This document shows positions 55,725 through 64,000 of a DNA stretch of 64,000 nt, one piece after another. Both the position numbers and the translations under genes were made by a program. Below the pieces are notes generated by a model. It saw only the letters and a list, made by a program, of their open reading frames with translations, was not told where the DNA came from and searched no databases. The stretch is taken from positions 32,001-96,000 of the IMG/VR virus record IMGVR_UViG_3300023199_000021; one strand, 5' to 3'. This DNA is from a virus. How positions within the stretch are numbered: position 1 is the first letter of the stretch; each line of letters opens with the position of its first letter.

Positions 55725-56126
55725 CTAGTCAGCAGGTTTACCTTTATACTTGAACCAGCCGCCGTTGGGCAAAAACCCACTATGCTTGCTGGCGTATTCT
55801 TCTTCGTCAGCACGCTGTTCTTTTTGTGCATCTGATAGATGGTCCCATCGTGTTTTAGGATAGACCATAGCTCCGTCTTCTGTAGAACTATATACCAACT
55901 TGGCACCACAGTTCTTGAAGTCTTGACAAACTACTTCCATCCACTTACTTTTCTTTGCTGCTGCCCGAACGACGAACTTCACGTCTTTGTTTTCACACTT
56001 ACCGCAGCACCCAACAGCGAACACTTCTTGGATACGTGCGATCTGTTTGAACAGTTCAGGTTCAGTATCAGCAGACACATCAAACCAAAGGCTGTCGGTA
56101 GCCTTAATTCTTGCTGTTACGGCCAT
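55725..56126 (-). CDS. Zn-binding hypothetical protein
   Basis: CCGKC...C....C; GGAGG RBS. Confidence 0.7.
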   Translation of the reverse strand: MAVTARIKATDSLWFDVSADTEPELFKQIARIQEVFAVGCCGKCENKDVKFVVRAAAKKSKWMEVVCQDFKNCGAKLVYSSTEDGAMVYPKTRWDHLSDAQKEQRADEEEYASKHSGFLPNGGWFKYKGKPAD

Positions 56127-56857
56127 TAACCTTTACCTCCAAATTCTTCTTCCCAATTGTCGTTATATCTAGCCATATCATCAGGTGTACCTTCACGCTG
56201 ATAGCCAGATAGTTTGTTGATCATCAAGCGACCTTCCAAGTTCTTAACGTCACGGATGGTTTTCGGATCGTCCGAATTTTGCTTGACAAACTTAATAAGA
56301 TCAACATCGTTTCTCTTACACATAGCCTTGATAGCTACGATTTGTTGGTCATTGATTGGTGAGTCTGTGTTGATTTTTTCATCATCAGCATTACCAGCCA
56401 ATTCTTCGTGTGTTTGAACACGAATCTTCATCGCCCTACGAAGGGCCTTACCTTCTGCTTTCGTACAAGCACTAGCTACAAGGTGCTTATTGAACGGAGC
56501 AGGAAGGTTCTCTCCCAAAACATCAATACAAGCAGTTACTCGAATCAATGCTTCGCTGCCATACTTAGCAATCACCAAAGTATGTTTTGCAGTAACTTTT
56601 CCTACGTAGGCTTTAGCAGGAATCTCTAGAATCTCTGTATCTGATTCCAGAATCTCTCCATAAACCTTTTCACAGACACGCCGTAAACCGTCTGTAGTTG
56701 GGGCACCTTCAATTAGCTCGTGATCCGCAAGCTGGTCAACTACATAGTCAACCCATTTGGGATCAGTTACCGCTGGTCGTTGTGGTCCGTCGTTCATAGA
56801 TGTAGGTGCATCTTCCACGACTTCATCGACCATGTTTTCTAGTTGTGTATCTGTCAT
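56126..56857 (-). CDS. Putative ssDNA-annealing protein (Rad52/ERF-like)
   Basis: PTTDGLRRV...ASACTKAEGKALRRAMKI; C-terminal INDQQIVAI helical module. Confidence 0.5.
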   Translation of the reverse strand: MTDTQLENMVDEVVEDAPTSMNDGPQRPAVTDPKWVDYVVDQLADHELIEGAPTTDGLRRVCEKVYGEILESDTEILEIPAKAYVGKVTAKHTLVIAKYGSEALIRVTACIDVLGENLPAPFNKHLVASACTKAEGKALRRAMKIRVQTHEELAGNADDEKINTDSPINDQQIVAIKAMCKRNDVDLIKFVKQNSDDPKTIRDVKNLEGRLMINKLSGYQREGTPDDMARYNDNWEEEFGGKG

Positions 56858-57642
56858 ACCTCGAAATACCTCTTGTTCTTACTGGGAAACTTATCCTCGA
56901 TCTGGTGAATAATTTCTATCACCTTCTCTTTAATCTCACGTATGTACCGCTGAGATTCCCTCTTAGTCAATTTTACTCTGACAAGTACCATACCAGCAGA
57001 TAAAATTAAACCATTTTTCTGAGAATCTGCGGCCTGTCTTTTCCTTAGCTTTTCCTCCCCATAAACAGGTTCAAAGTGCGTAGGCCCGTCAACTTCAATA
57101 GCTAAACGGCAGTCCCTCACATAAAGGTCAATATGGAACTTTTCGTTCTGTAGAATATGCTCTTTATGTTTGTCTACTCTATATCCCTTCTTGGTGAGGT
57201 AATCGTACAGGTATCGCTCCACCTTAGAGCCGTGTCTGGACGCCTGCTGGATCGCCTCGCTGGACCTTTTAAAGAATTCTGATCGCTCATACGCTGTTTT
57301 TTTATTCCATGCCTCTATGCCGATCTGAGAGCGATACTCCCTTTCTTCTTCGTCCATATTATCCCAGACCTTACCTTGACTCTCACTGATCTTGATTCTG
57401 GTCTGTTCTGACTGTGTTTTCCCCTTGGTAGGGTGTTCGTGACGCCCTTCCGAAATAGCCACTTTTTGAGCCGCAGATTTATCTCTAGATTCTAGACCTA
57501 GTCTGGTAGCATCCCTGCGTACCTTGTTAGCATAAGTTCCCAATTCTTTGGCGATCTTCGCCCAACTTAGCTTCTGCTTATTGTATAGCTCTCTGTATTT
57601 GGCTAATCTTTTTTCATCACTTAACTCGAAGAATTTTGACAT
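56854..57642 (-). CDS. HTH + NUMOD3 + Vsr/DUF559-type endonuclease (homing-like)
   Basis: LSWAKIAKELGT, KGKTQSEQTRIKIS, SKVE, IDL..., AIEVDGPTH, D..KN. Confidence 0.8.
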   Translation of the reverse strand: MSKFFELSDEKRLAKYRELYNKQKLSWAKIAKELGTYANKVRRDATRLGLESRDKSAAQKVAISEGRHEHPTKGKTQSEQTRIKISESQGKVWDNMDEEEREYRSQIGIEAWNKKTAYERSEFFKRSSEAIQQASRHGSKVERYLYDYLTKKGYRVDKHKEHILQNEKFHIDLYVRDCRLAIEVDGPTHFEPVYGEEKLRKRQAADSQKNGLILSAGMVLVRVKLTKRESQRYIREIKEKVIEIIHQIEDKFPSKNKRYFEV

Positions 57643-58082
57643 AATGCTGCCCTTACTTGCTCTGCATCCCAATTGTAAATAATACTATGCGGTTCTTGAA
57701 ACATCTTAGCAAGTAGATTCCAATGGGAAGTACTTCTCGCTATCAGTTTAACATCGTTATTGTAGAAAATCTTCTTCAATTGTTGTGAACCAAATTGTTG
57801 TAAGTTGACCCACTCTGGACACCAAACATAATAGTATTTGTCTCGTGCTGTCAAGCAGTTGGCTACAATCTGAGCATTAAGCATTGAAGTAGCGATCAAG
57901 ACCCCTGAATGCTTTAGGGCCTCGACTTGCTGCAAGATAGCAAAGTTATGATTCATCGGCAAGGACTGGACGCTGTTGGTAAATAGATAGCAGTCTTCGT
58001 CCTGAGCCAGTTTGTTTAGTTCTCGAAAGAGAATATAGTTCTGTGGATTGTTCACCACGTTGTCTGCTACTACGCCTATCAT
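57621..58082 (-). CDS. Hypothetical protein (glycosyltransferase-cluster associated)
   Basis: KYYYVWCPEW and LIARSTSH motifs; operon coupling. Confidence 0.65.
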   Translation of the reverse strand: MIGVVADNVVNNPQNYILFRELNKLAQDEDCYLFTNSVQSLPMNHNFAILQQVEALKHSGVLIATSMLNAQIVANCLTARDKYYYVWCPEWVNLQQFGSQQLKKIFYNNDVKLIARSTSHWNLLAKMFQEPHSIIYNWDAEQVRAALCQNSSS

Positions 58083-58858
58083 ACTCCCAGTTCCTTAATG
58101 ATTTGTTTTGCTAGTTCAACATAGGTTTTACCTTCTGATTGCTTTCTCAATTCGGGCAACCACTCAGGCTCTCCTTCCAATATTTGATCACAAAGAGATA
58201 CTACTTCTTCGTATTGATCAAACATCCAAGGCTTCTCTTTCTTCCTATCAAACAACAAGGGAACCTTGCCGTTCAAGACCGTACCGTGAAACCATTCGTC
58301 GTCCATCATGATCACAGCCTTTGCTGACTGAATGATGTTCTTATATTCTTCCGGCTGGGGTCTTCCTAAGTAGTATGGAATAGGAATTCTATTTGTTCCG
58401 TAAATTTTAAAGTGGTACTTGTTACCAATAGCGGATAACCACTTCAACATTTCCTTGTTCTTACCGTCCAGTCTATTGCTGAAAAGAACAAAGTCGCATT
58501 TGTACTGGGCAACTTCTTCTCCACCGTCTAGGGCGACAGGGTTAGACAGATAGGGAACATACTTGGGTGACTTGGGATTGCTCAGACTATAGATCGCATC
58601 AAACCCCTCTGTTACTTCATCCCCTTCTGTAAACAGAACAAACTTGATATCGGGGAATTCGTGCTTGGCATATTTGATATGGTCATCTTGAGTATCACCA
58701 TCGTTCAAGAAGATGATATCTGGCTTCTTATCCTCGATCAAGTCGAACAGTGATACCTGACCCTTATGCCAAAAGAAAGAGTCTGGGATTATTGTTTCGA
58801 TTCCTTGGGCCACCCCAACTATCTTTGGGTGTTCTGTGGCACTAAAATAAGCTTTCAT
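58079..58858 (-). CDS. Degenerate GT-B/CgeB-like glycosyltransferase
   Basis: KKPDIIF, FKIYG...YYLG...YKNIIQSAK, KTY motifs. Confidence 0.55.
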   Translation of the reverse strand: MKAYFSATEHPKIVGVAQGIETIIPDSFFWHKGQVSLFDLIEDKKPDIIFLNDGDTQDDHIKYAKHEFPDIKFVLFTEGDEVTEGFDAIYSLSNPKSPKYVPYLSNPVALDGGEEVAQYKCDFVLFSNRLDGKNKEMLKWLSAIGNKYHFKIYGTNRIPIPYYLGRPQPEEYKNIIQSAKAVIMMDDEWFHGTVLNGKVPLLFDRKKEKPWMFDQYEEVVSLCDQILEGEPEWLPELRKQSEGKTYVELAKQIIKELGV

Positions 58859-59559
58859 ATTACTTCTGATACCCTTTCTAGGTCTTTGGAACTATCAATG
58901 TCAATTACTCTGGCTTTTGAATGGGAACAGCAGTTAAATGTTCCTCCTGCCGCAACTACCTCGTTTAAGACTTCAAATCCAAACATATTGTAGTTACTTG
59001 GATTCCAACAGGTTTCTTTGAATAGTTGAAGCTCTTTGTCTTTCAAGAACACCATCTGTCCCCACTTGTTCGGTAGGTCGTACATCATGTGTTCTAGGTA
59101 TTGTTTGTTATTTATTGTGCATCCGACTTCTGATTTCGACATAATATCTTTGCCAACAAATATGGAAGACTTATTCAGGTTCATTTGATCTATGCAAAAA
59201 TCATTGAATACCAAGTCTCCATAAACAATGAGTACGTCGTGTTGTGAGGCTCGTAGCCCCAAACCCATTGACCGAGCCACGTTTGTATTCTCATAGTTTT
59301 CGTTTTCTATTTTGATGATATTGCTCGGCGTTGAGTTCATTAGCTGTATTGCTTGGAAACCACAAACCAAGATGATATTGGCGTTAGGTAGAAACTTCTT
59401 GAAAACTTTAAGCTGTTGGTCTAGAATGGTCTTGGTTCCCTTTACCCTGACCAAAGGCTTAGGTCCATAAGATTTCATACGCTTGCCTAATCCGGCAGCG
59501 GGAATGATAATGTCGATAGCAGTAGGCTCATTGATAGCCTTGATATGTCTTACACTCAT
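58855..59559 (-). CDS. Sugar/choline-phosphate nucleotidyltransferase (LicC-like NTP transferase)
   Basis: IIPAAGLGKRMKSYGPKPL, VYGDLVF, DIDSSKD. Confidence 0.88.
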   Translation of the reverse strand: MSVRHIKAINEPTAIDIIIPAAGLGKRMKSYGPKPLVRVKGTKTILDQQLKVFKKFLPNANIILVCGFQAIQLMNSTPSNIIKIENENYENTNVARSMGLGLRASQHDVLIVYGDLVFNDFCIDQMNLNKSSIFVGKDIMSKSEVGCTINNKQYLEHMMYDLPNKWGQMVFLKDKELQLFKETCWNPSNYNMFGFEVLNEVVAAGGTFNCCSHSKARVIDIDSSKDLERVSEVI

Positions 59560-59927
59560 TCTTGTAACACTACTATTGGATCGGCAATATGCTCGAAATA
59601 GTATCCTTTACTGCCTAGTTGTTGCATAAGGTTGGCTTTGGCATTCGGCACGTCTTGTGCTACTAGCCCCGGTATTTTTCTCAGAAAGAAAGGACAGTCT
59701 GCTAGGTCGGTTCCGTTTAGAAAATCGACCAGTTCCATATCTCCTGTTTTTACAACGAAGTCTGTGTAAACGAATCCTATCTTCGGATCATCAAAACAAG
59801 GCAAAATCATTTCTTCTATCGCCCCCTCAGATACCGAAGTGTTCTTGTCCATCAGAGCAACGATAGTGTTGTCTGGAACTTCGTTTAACTTGTTGATATC
59901 GTCTATGATTACGAAAGGCTTGGACAT
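59556..59927 (-). CDS. Short GT-A/GT2-like fragment protein
   Basis: FDDPKIGFVYTD and FEHIADP resemble GT2 segments. Confidence 0.45.
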   Translation of the reverse strand: MSKPFVIIDDINKLNEVPDNTIVALMDKNTSVSEGAIEEMILPCFDDPKIGFVYTDFVVKTGDMELVDFLNGTDLADCPFFLRKIPGLVAQDVPNAKANLMQQLGSKGYYFEHIADPIVVLQE

Positions 59928-60769
59928 ATATCTTTTACCTCACACATAAATTTTTCTGCGTCTTCTTCAAATTGTTCAATCTTAGATTCTAGATGAACCC
60001 CAAAGCTGTTACCACCATGTTTCTTATGAGCAACACGGTTTACGATCATACCGCTTAGATCATCAACGGGCTTAACGAAACCTACCTGCATCATCTTGAT
60101 TAGGATTGCGTCGTTAAATTCCTTGCTGAAATTTTCTGGTACATCAAAGCCTGCTCGGAATACTACGTAGAAGGGATACAGGCTTGACTTAGTGTTATCA
60201 AAAACCAAGTCGATCAAGTCGCGATCACTCAGGTCTTCGTCGTACACGTTTTTAAGACTGAACTTGTGGAATTCGAAATTCTTCAACAAATCTAAAAGCA
60301 CACTAGGCTTAAGATACTTTGTTGGAGCATCGTCTTTCTTGTCGGTCTGTTCTCTTACATAGAATGGATACTGCTTATTGACTACAGTTACCAAGTTCGG
60401 CTTGATTGCCTGTTCGTGAAGCTGTCGCAATATCTTCTTGAGGCTTTGGAATGTAGTGTCTTCTTCCACAAAAACCATAGCCTGATAAGGTACTTTGGTT
60501 TGTAGATGAACCAGACTCTCCCAAGTATCTCTTGGGTACTTTCCCATGACTTCAAGGTTTCGGTAAAACATACAGAATCGACCGTTGATCAAATAGAATT
60601 CTACGTCTTTGTCATCAAAGACTTCTAGAACTTCTACGCCAGCATTCTTGTAGTCGTCAATTTTGCCAAGCTTGCAGCCTGTTTGTGTCTTGCCAGTTTC
60701 ATCAAACTGGGCAAAAACACAATGCCTGCATGTGGTGTGTACCTGACTTACCTTTATGTCTTCTTTCAT
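59909..60769 (-). CDS. Hypothetical protein with an N-terminal Cys motif
   Basis: TCRHCVFA...QTGCKLG...C. Confidence 0.7.
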   Translation of the reverse strand: MKEDIKVSQVHTTCRHCVFAQFDETGKTQTGCKLGKIDDYKNAGVEVLEVFDDKDVEFYLINGRFCMFYRNLEVMGKYPRDTWESLVHLQTKVPYQAMVFVEEDTTFQSLKKILRQLHEQAIKPNLVTVVNKQYPFYVREQTDKKDDAPTKYLKPSVLLDLLKNFEFHKFSLKNVYDEDLSDRDLIDLVFDNTKSSLYPFYVVFRAGFDVPENFSKEFNDAILIKMMQVGFVKPVDDLSGMIVNRVAHKKHGGNSFGVHLESKIEQFEEDAEKFMCEVKDICPSLS

Positions 60770-61161
60770 TGTCTTACTGCCTCAACTAAATAGCGACCTT
60801 GATCTAGTCCTACAAAACGAATGTCCCACTTCTTCTCCAAAAAGTATTGCTTTAAAGTAGCAACAGAGTGTAGGTTATTCACATGCTTGAAGAACTGTTC
60901 TGCCGCCATACCCAAGGGCATCTGCCCATAGAATACCTTGCGACACATATCGAGTCCGTCAACTCCGTTGAGAACGACCTTGCCACCCTTTCTTACTTTA
61001 CTGCAAATCTTATCTAGTAAGTCTTTATCCTGAGCGGTTTCCAGTACGTCCAAGACTTTGATTTCCAAGAAGAATCCATCTGGAGCATTCATCAGGTCTT
61101 CTTGCAGAAAATCATTTTCTTGTTGCTTACTTGGAACCAGTCTGATGTTTTTGCTTATCAT
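60766..61161 (-). CDS. Degenerate methyltransferase-like protein
   Basis: LDVLE...KVRKGGKVVL...YLVEAVR resembles the C-terminal part of a class I MTase. Confidence 0.45.
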   Translation of the reverse strand: MISKNIRLVPSKQQENDFLQEDLMNAPDGFFLEIKVLDVLETAQDKDLLDKICSKVRKGGKVVLNGVDGLDMCRKVFYGQMPLGMAAEQFFKHVNNLHSVATLKQYFLEKKWDIRFVGLDQGRYLVEAVRQ

Positions 61162-62096
61162 GCTATTCCTCTTAGATATGTATTGTTGGTTACGTGTCTT
61201 AGAACAGATTCCCAACTGTTCTTGAATTCTTCTACGTTTGTTCTATTCGCATACTTCTTTGCGTTTTCGACAATCTTGTTTAGTTGTGGAAATCCCATTA
61301 TTTCATCAACAAATGTAGGCTGTCCTACGATGTTTAGGTCTTGAATGATAACGCAGGATTGCTCTTTGATTATCTCTGCAAAGTCATGGTCGCTCATGGT
61401 GATGACCGGGATACCCGAAGCCATGCAGTCGATCATCATCGGTGTGACATTCTTCCACAGATGCAGGTATATCTTAGCTTCTGTAGGGTCGGTCGTAAAC
61501 TTGTCAGGACTTGCTACGAAAGGTAGTGAGTCAATATACTCTTGAGGCAACGTCGTATCAATCAAGATTTTACTTGCTGCTTCTTTTGATTCAATTTCGA
61601 TTGGAGGAACAGCGATAGGTAGACTAAGACTTTGATATGGAGACTGCCAAGAGTCTGCTACAATTTCAGTGATACCTACCGAAGCATTTCCATTTCTTTG
61701 AAATAGTTGTGGGGGGTTGTTGACCACGACAGTTGCGAAGAACGGAAGCGGAACGTGGTTGATTGAACAGGTAATGTCTACAACAATGATCGGCAGGTGC
61801 CAAACATTAGACAGTGATTTCGCTCTCTCCCATAATCCGGCTCTATTGAAAACGATGATGGTATCCAGTTGAGACAGGCAATGGTCTTGTAGCCTGTTTG
61901 CTATATGGATATTGTTGAACCCTTTTGGACTATTCCACTGGGGAACACCATACATATCGTTGGCGATATAGAAGTCGTGGTCGAGACATTCTAGCCTTCT
62001 GATGTAGTCGTCATAGTGTTCATTCAAAACTAAAATAGAAAGCCGATCTTCCGGCTTCCTAATAGCGGTTTGAACGATATTGTTTATTGTGTACAT
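61158..62096 (-). CDS. Glycosyltransferase-like (GT-B) protein
   Basis: PMMIDCMASGIPVIT motif. Confidence 0.7.
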   Translation of the reverse strand: MYTINNIVQTAIRKPEDRLSILVLNEHYDDYIRRLECLDHDFYIANDMYGVPQWNSPKGFNNIHIANRLQDHCLSQLDTIIVFNRAGLWERAKSLSNVWHLPIIVVDITCSINHVPLPFFATVVVNNPPQLFQRNGNASVGITEIVADSWQSPYQSLSLPIAVPPIEIESKEAASKILIDTTLPQEYIDSLPFVASPDKFTTDPTEAKIYLHLWKNVTPMMIDCMASGIPVITMSDHDFAEIIKEQSCVIIQDLNIVGQPTFVDEIMGFPQLNKIVENAKKYANRTNVEEFKNSWESVLRHVTNNTYLRGIA

Positions 62097-63160
62097 AGTA
62101 AATCAACGATCCTTTTGTTTGGAATTTTAAACAAGCTTGATTTCAATTTCATTACTTGTTGTGACGCTTTCTCAAGCACTTCTTCGTCTGCGTTGTAGAT
62201 AGCCCGCATATTTGCTCTGATACTATTCATGCTTGGCATTTCCCAAGAGAACTCTCCAGAATACAATTCCCTAATTGGTCTTTGAGGGTAGATCGAAATG
62301 TCGTTATGAGTTTTGATTGTAAAAGGATAGTCCTTGATGATTCCACAAACGTCTGTCATCATGGGTAGGCTGTTGTAAGCTATAGCCTTTAGCATGTTCT
62401 GATTTGTTCGTGAGTTGTATGACGCATCAATGTAACAGTCACAATAGTCATGAACATAGTTCAGGATCGGCAGATTTGTATTATTGATAATCGCAATATG
62501 CGGATAGTGCTGTTCGTCAAAGAACTTACCTAGTCCTGACTTGATTACCTTGATTTCTTCTTCTAGCTTTTGTGCGTCAGATGAACAAACCACCAACATC
62601 ACGTTGTCTAGAATCGTGAAGGCAGATAGGTAGGACGCAACCACTTCTCTTAGTCCAGACTTGATATCAAGCGAGCCGATAGTGTAAAACTTGAACCTAT
62701 TGAATTTTAGGTTCAGGTCTTCAACTTCATTTGAAAAATACAGTGGAGCAAAGTCGAAGTGAAATACTTCTGTAGTCACACCAGAATCTTTGAGTAGTTG
62801 TGCTTCATGTTCTGAGAACACTACCACAGTATCGAACAGATTAAGGTGAGTGACCCAGTCAGTATTGTCCACTCTACAATCCACACTAGTAACCGCGATA
62901 TTCTTCTTAAAGTTTCCATTGTAATTCAGATAATTGGGGAGGCCATGTTGAATAATAACGTCAGGACTGTCTACTTTTTTGAACTCGTATTCTTCCAGTT
63001 GTCCTATATCCGTTAATTTTTGTTGATTATTAAACCAAACCGGACGCATGACAAGATCGGGTAACTGTTCCTTTTGTGCTGCCAATAAATTGGCAAAGGC
63101 ACGACTGGTATATCCCCACTCGTCTTGTTGTCTATACGGTCCTACATACAAAACACTCAT
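62084..63160 (-). CDS. Glycosyltransferase family 4-like protein
   Basis: VLYVGPY..WG, FKFYTIG...KSGL..AF, HDYCDCYI, WEMPS. Confidence 0.75.
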   Translation of the reverse strand: MSVLYVGPYRQQDEWGYTSRAFANLLAAQKEQLPDLVMRPVWFNNQQKLTDIGQLEEYEFKKVDSPDVIIQHGLPNYLNYNGNFKKNIAVTSVDCRVDNTDWVTHLNLFDTVVVFSEHEAQLLKDSGVTTEVFHFDFAPLYFSNEVEDLNLKFNRFKFYTIGSLDIKSGLREVVASYLSAFTILDNVMLVVCSSDAQKLEEEIKVIKSGLGKFFDEQHYPHIAIINNTNLPILNYVHDYCDCYIDASYNSRTNQNMLKAIAYNSLPMMTDVCGIIKDYPFTIKTHNDISIYPQRPIRELYSGEFSWEMPSMNSIRANMRAIYNADEEVLEKASQQVMKLKSSLFKIPNKRIVDLLCTQ

Positions 63161-64000
63161 TATTTCTTCACTCTCCTGTGTGCTTCCATGATAAATTGTT
63201 GAGGGTCAGAATTAGCCTGCCCTGTTCTTAGAGCATCAAAAAGGAATCTACGTTCAGCGATTGCCATGTTCTCTTTGAACACGCTTTCTTGGGTACATTG
63301 ATCTAATTTACCCTGTCCAAAGGATGCACCAAAGTTTAAATCTCTCAGGGTTGAAAGCATTTTGTAGCTGAAAGCGTGGGTTTGGTCTTGAAGTAAGTGA
63401 GTACATATCCACTCACAAAACTGGTGATTATTCAAATCTTGTGGCGGTTCTTGAGGCAGAGGACGCATTAATAGTGAAGCATCCCACTGACCCTCCAAAC
63501 CTTTCGGTTCTACTTTATCTAGATATCGCTCCCAAGCTTTAGCGGCATTGTCCCAAGTATATCTTTCAACACAAGCTTTCCTTGTTTCCAATCTTTGCTT
63601 CTTTCGTTGTGCCTCGCTTTGCTTCGCACAGGTCAAAAGGACATTGGCTAGTTCATCGTTGTTTGCTTTACATCTGTCAGCATTTGTTTCTAGCTCTCTT
63701 TCAAGAGCAGTACTAATGGGATATCCTTTGACAAATCTAACTACGTCTTCCATAGCACTATAGTCGATAGCTGCCACAGGAACACCACAAGCAGCGGCTT
63801 CCACTTGAGGCATACCGAAACCTTCACAGATTGCGTACTGAACATACAGGTCCATCAGGTTGTAGATATTGATCAATTCAGCATGTTCAATACCATTGGA
63901 TACGCCGGGAAGTGTGGCTGTGTGCCTACTACAGTGGTTGCATATGGTAATAGCGTCTCTGTAGTGTGAGCAGAAGTACTTCTTACATGATCTACATACA
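63160..64000 (-). CDS. Glycosyltransferase family 4 (starts beyond the window)
   Basis: YNLMDLYVQYAICEGFGMPQVEAAACGVP...YTWDNAA; the frame is open to the window edge. Confidence 0.88.
   Translation of the reverse strand, partial: VCRSCKKYFCSHYRDAITICNHCSRHTATLPGVSNGIEHAELINIYNLMDLYVQYAICEGFGMPQVEAAACGVPVAAIDYSAMEDVVRFVKGYPISTALERELETNADRCKANNDELANVLLTCAKQSEAQRKKQRLETRKACVERYTWDNAAKAWERYLDKVEPKGLEGQWDASLLMRPLPQEPPQDLNNHQFCEWICTHLLQDQTHAFSYKMLSTLRDLNFGASFGQGKLDQCTQESVFKENMAIAERRFLFDALRTGQANSDPQQFIMEAHRRVKK

Overview
The window is part of a large tailed (Caudoviricetes) phage genome in three blocks. (1) About 1-14.4 kb is a leftward early/accessory region. It holds a tRNA cluster (Asp, Pro, Arg and a Gly remnant), a tRNA-like and other structured RNA candidates, an HNH endonuclease, TatA, a metallophosphoesterase, DUF932 and GP88-like genes. 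It also has seven TTGAC[A/T]-N16-TANAAT promoters and many decayed genes. (2) About 14.5-55.6 kb is a rightward late region: a sigma-factor-like gene, GT90, gmd, HNH and ERCC4 nucleases, intein-containing TerL, portal, protease/scaffold, capsid, neck and tail-tube genes, a 3044-aa tape measure protein and a 2210-aa tail protein with a Cys-rich repeat region. (3) About 55.7-64 kb is a leftward block with a recombination-like gene, a NUMOD3/Vsr-like endonuclease and a glycosyltransferase/nucleotidyltransferase cluster. The main leads are a possible PD-(D/E)xK-like cargo domain bracketed by FAxGG repeats inside the tape measure protein, about 16 Cys-containing GxGL fibre repeats, and a recurring TGGTGTATA late-promoter motif that doubles as one arm of a hairpin over the HNH ribosome-binding site. 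Also notable are a tRNA-mimic RNA and widespread pseudogenisation. All calls come from motif recognition by eye; no database search or folding program was run. The host is not determined, and a Planctomycetota host is only a weak guess.
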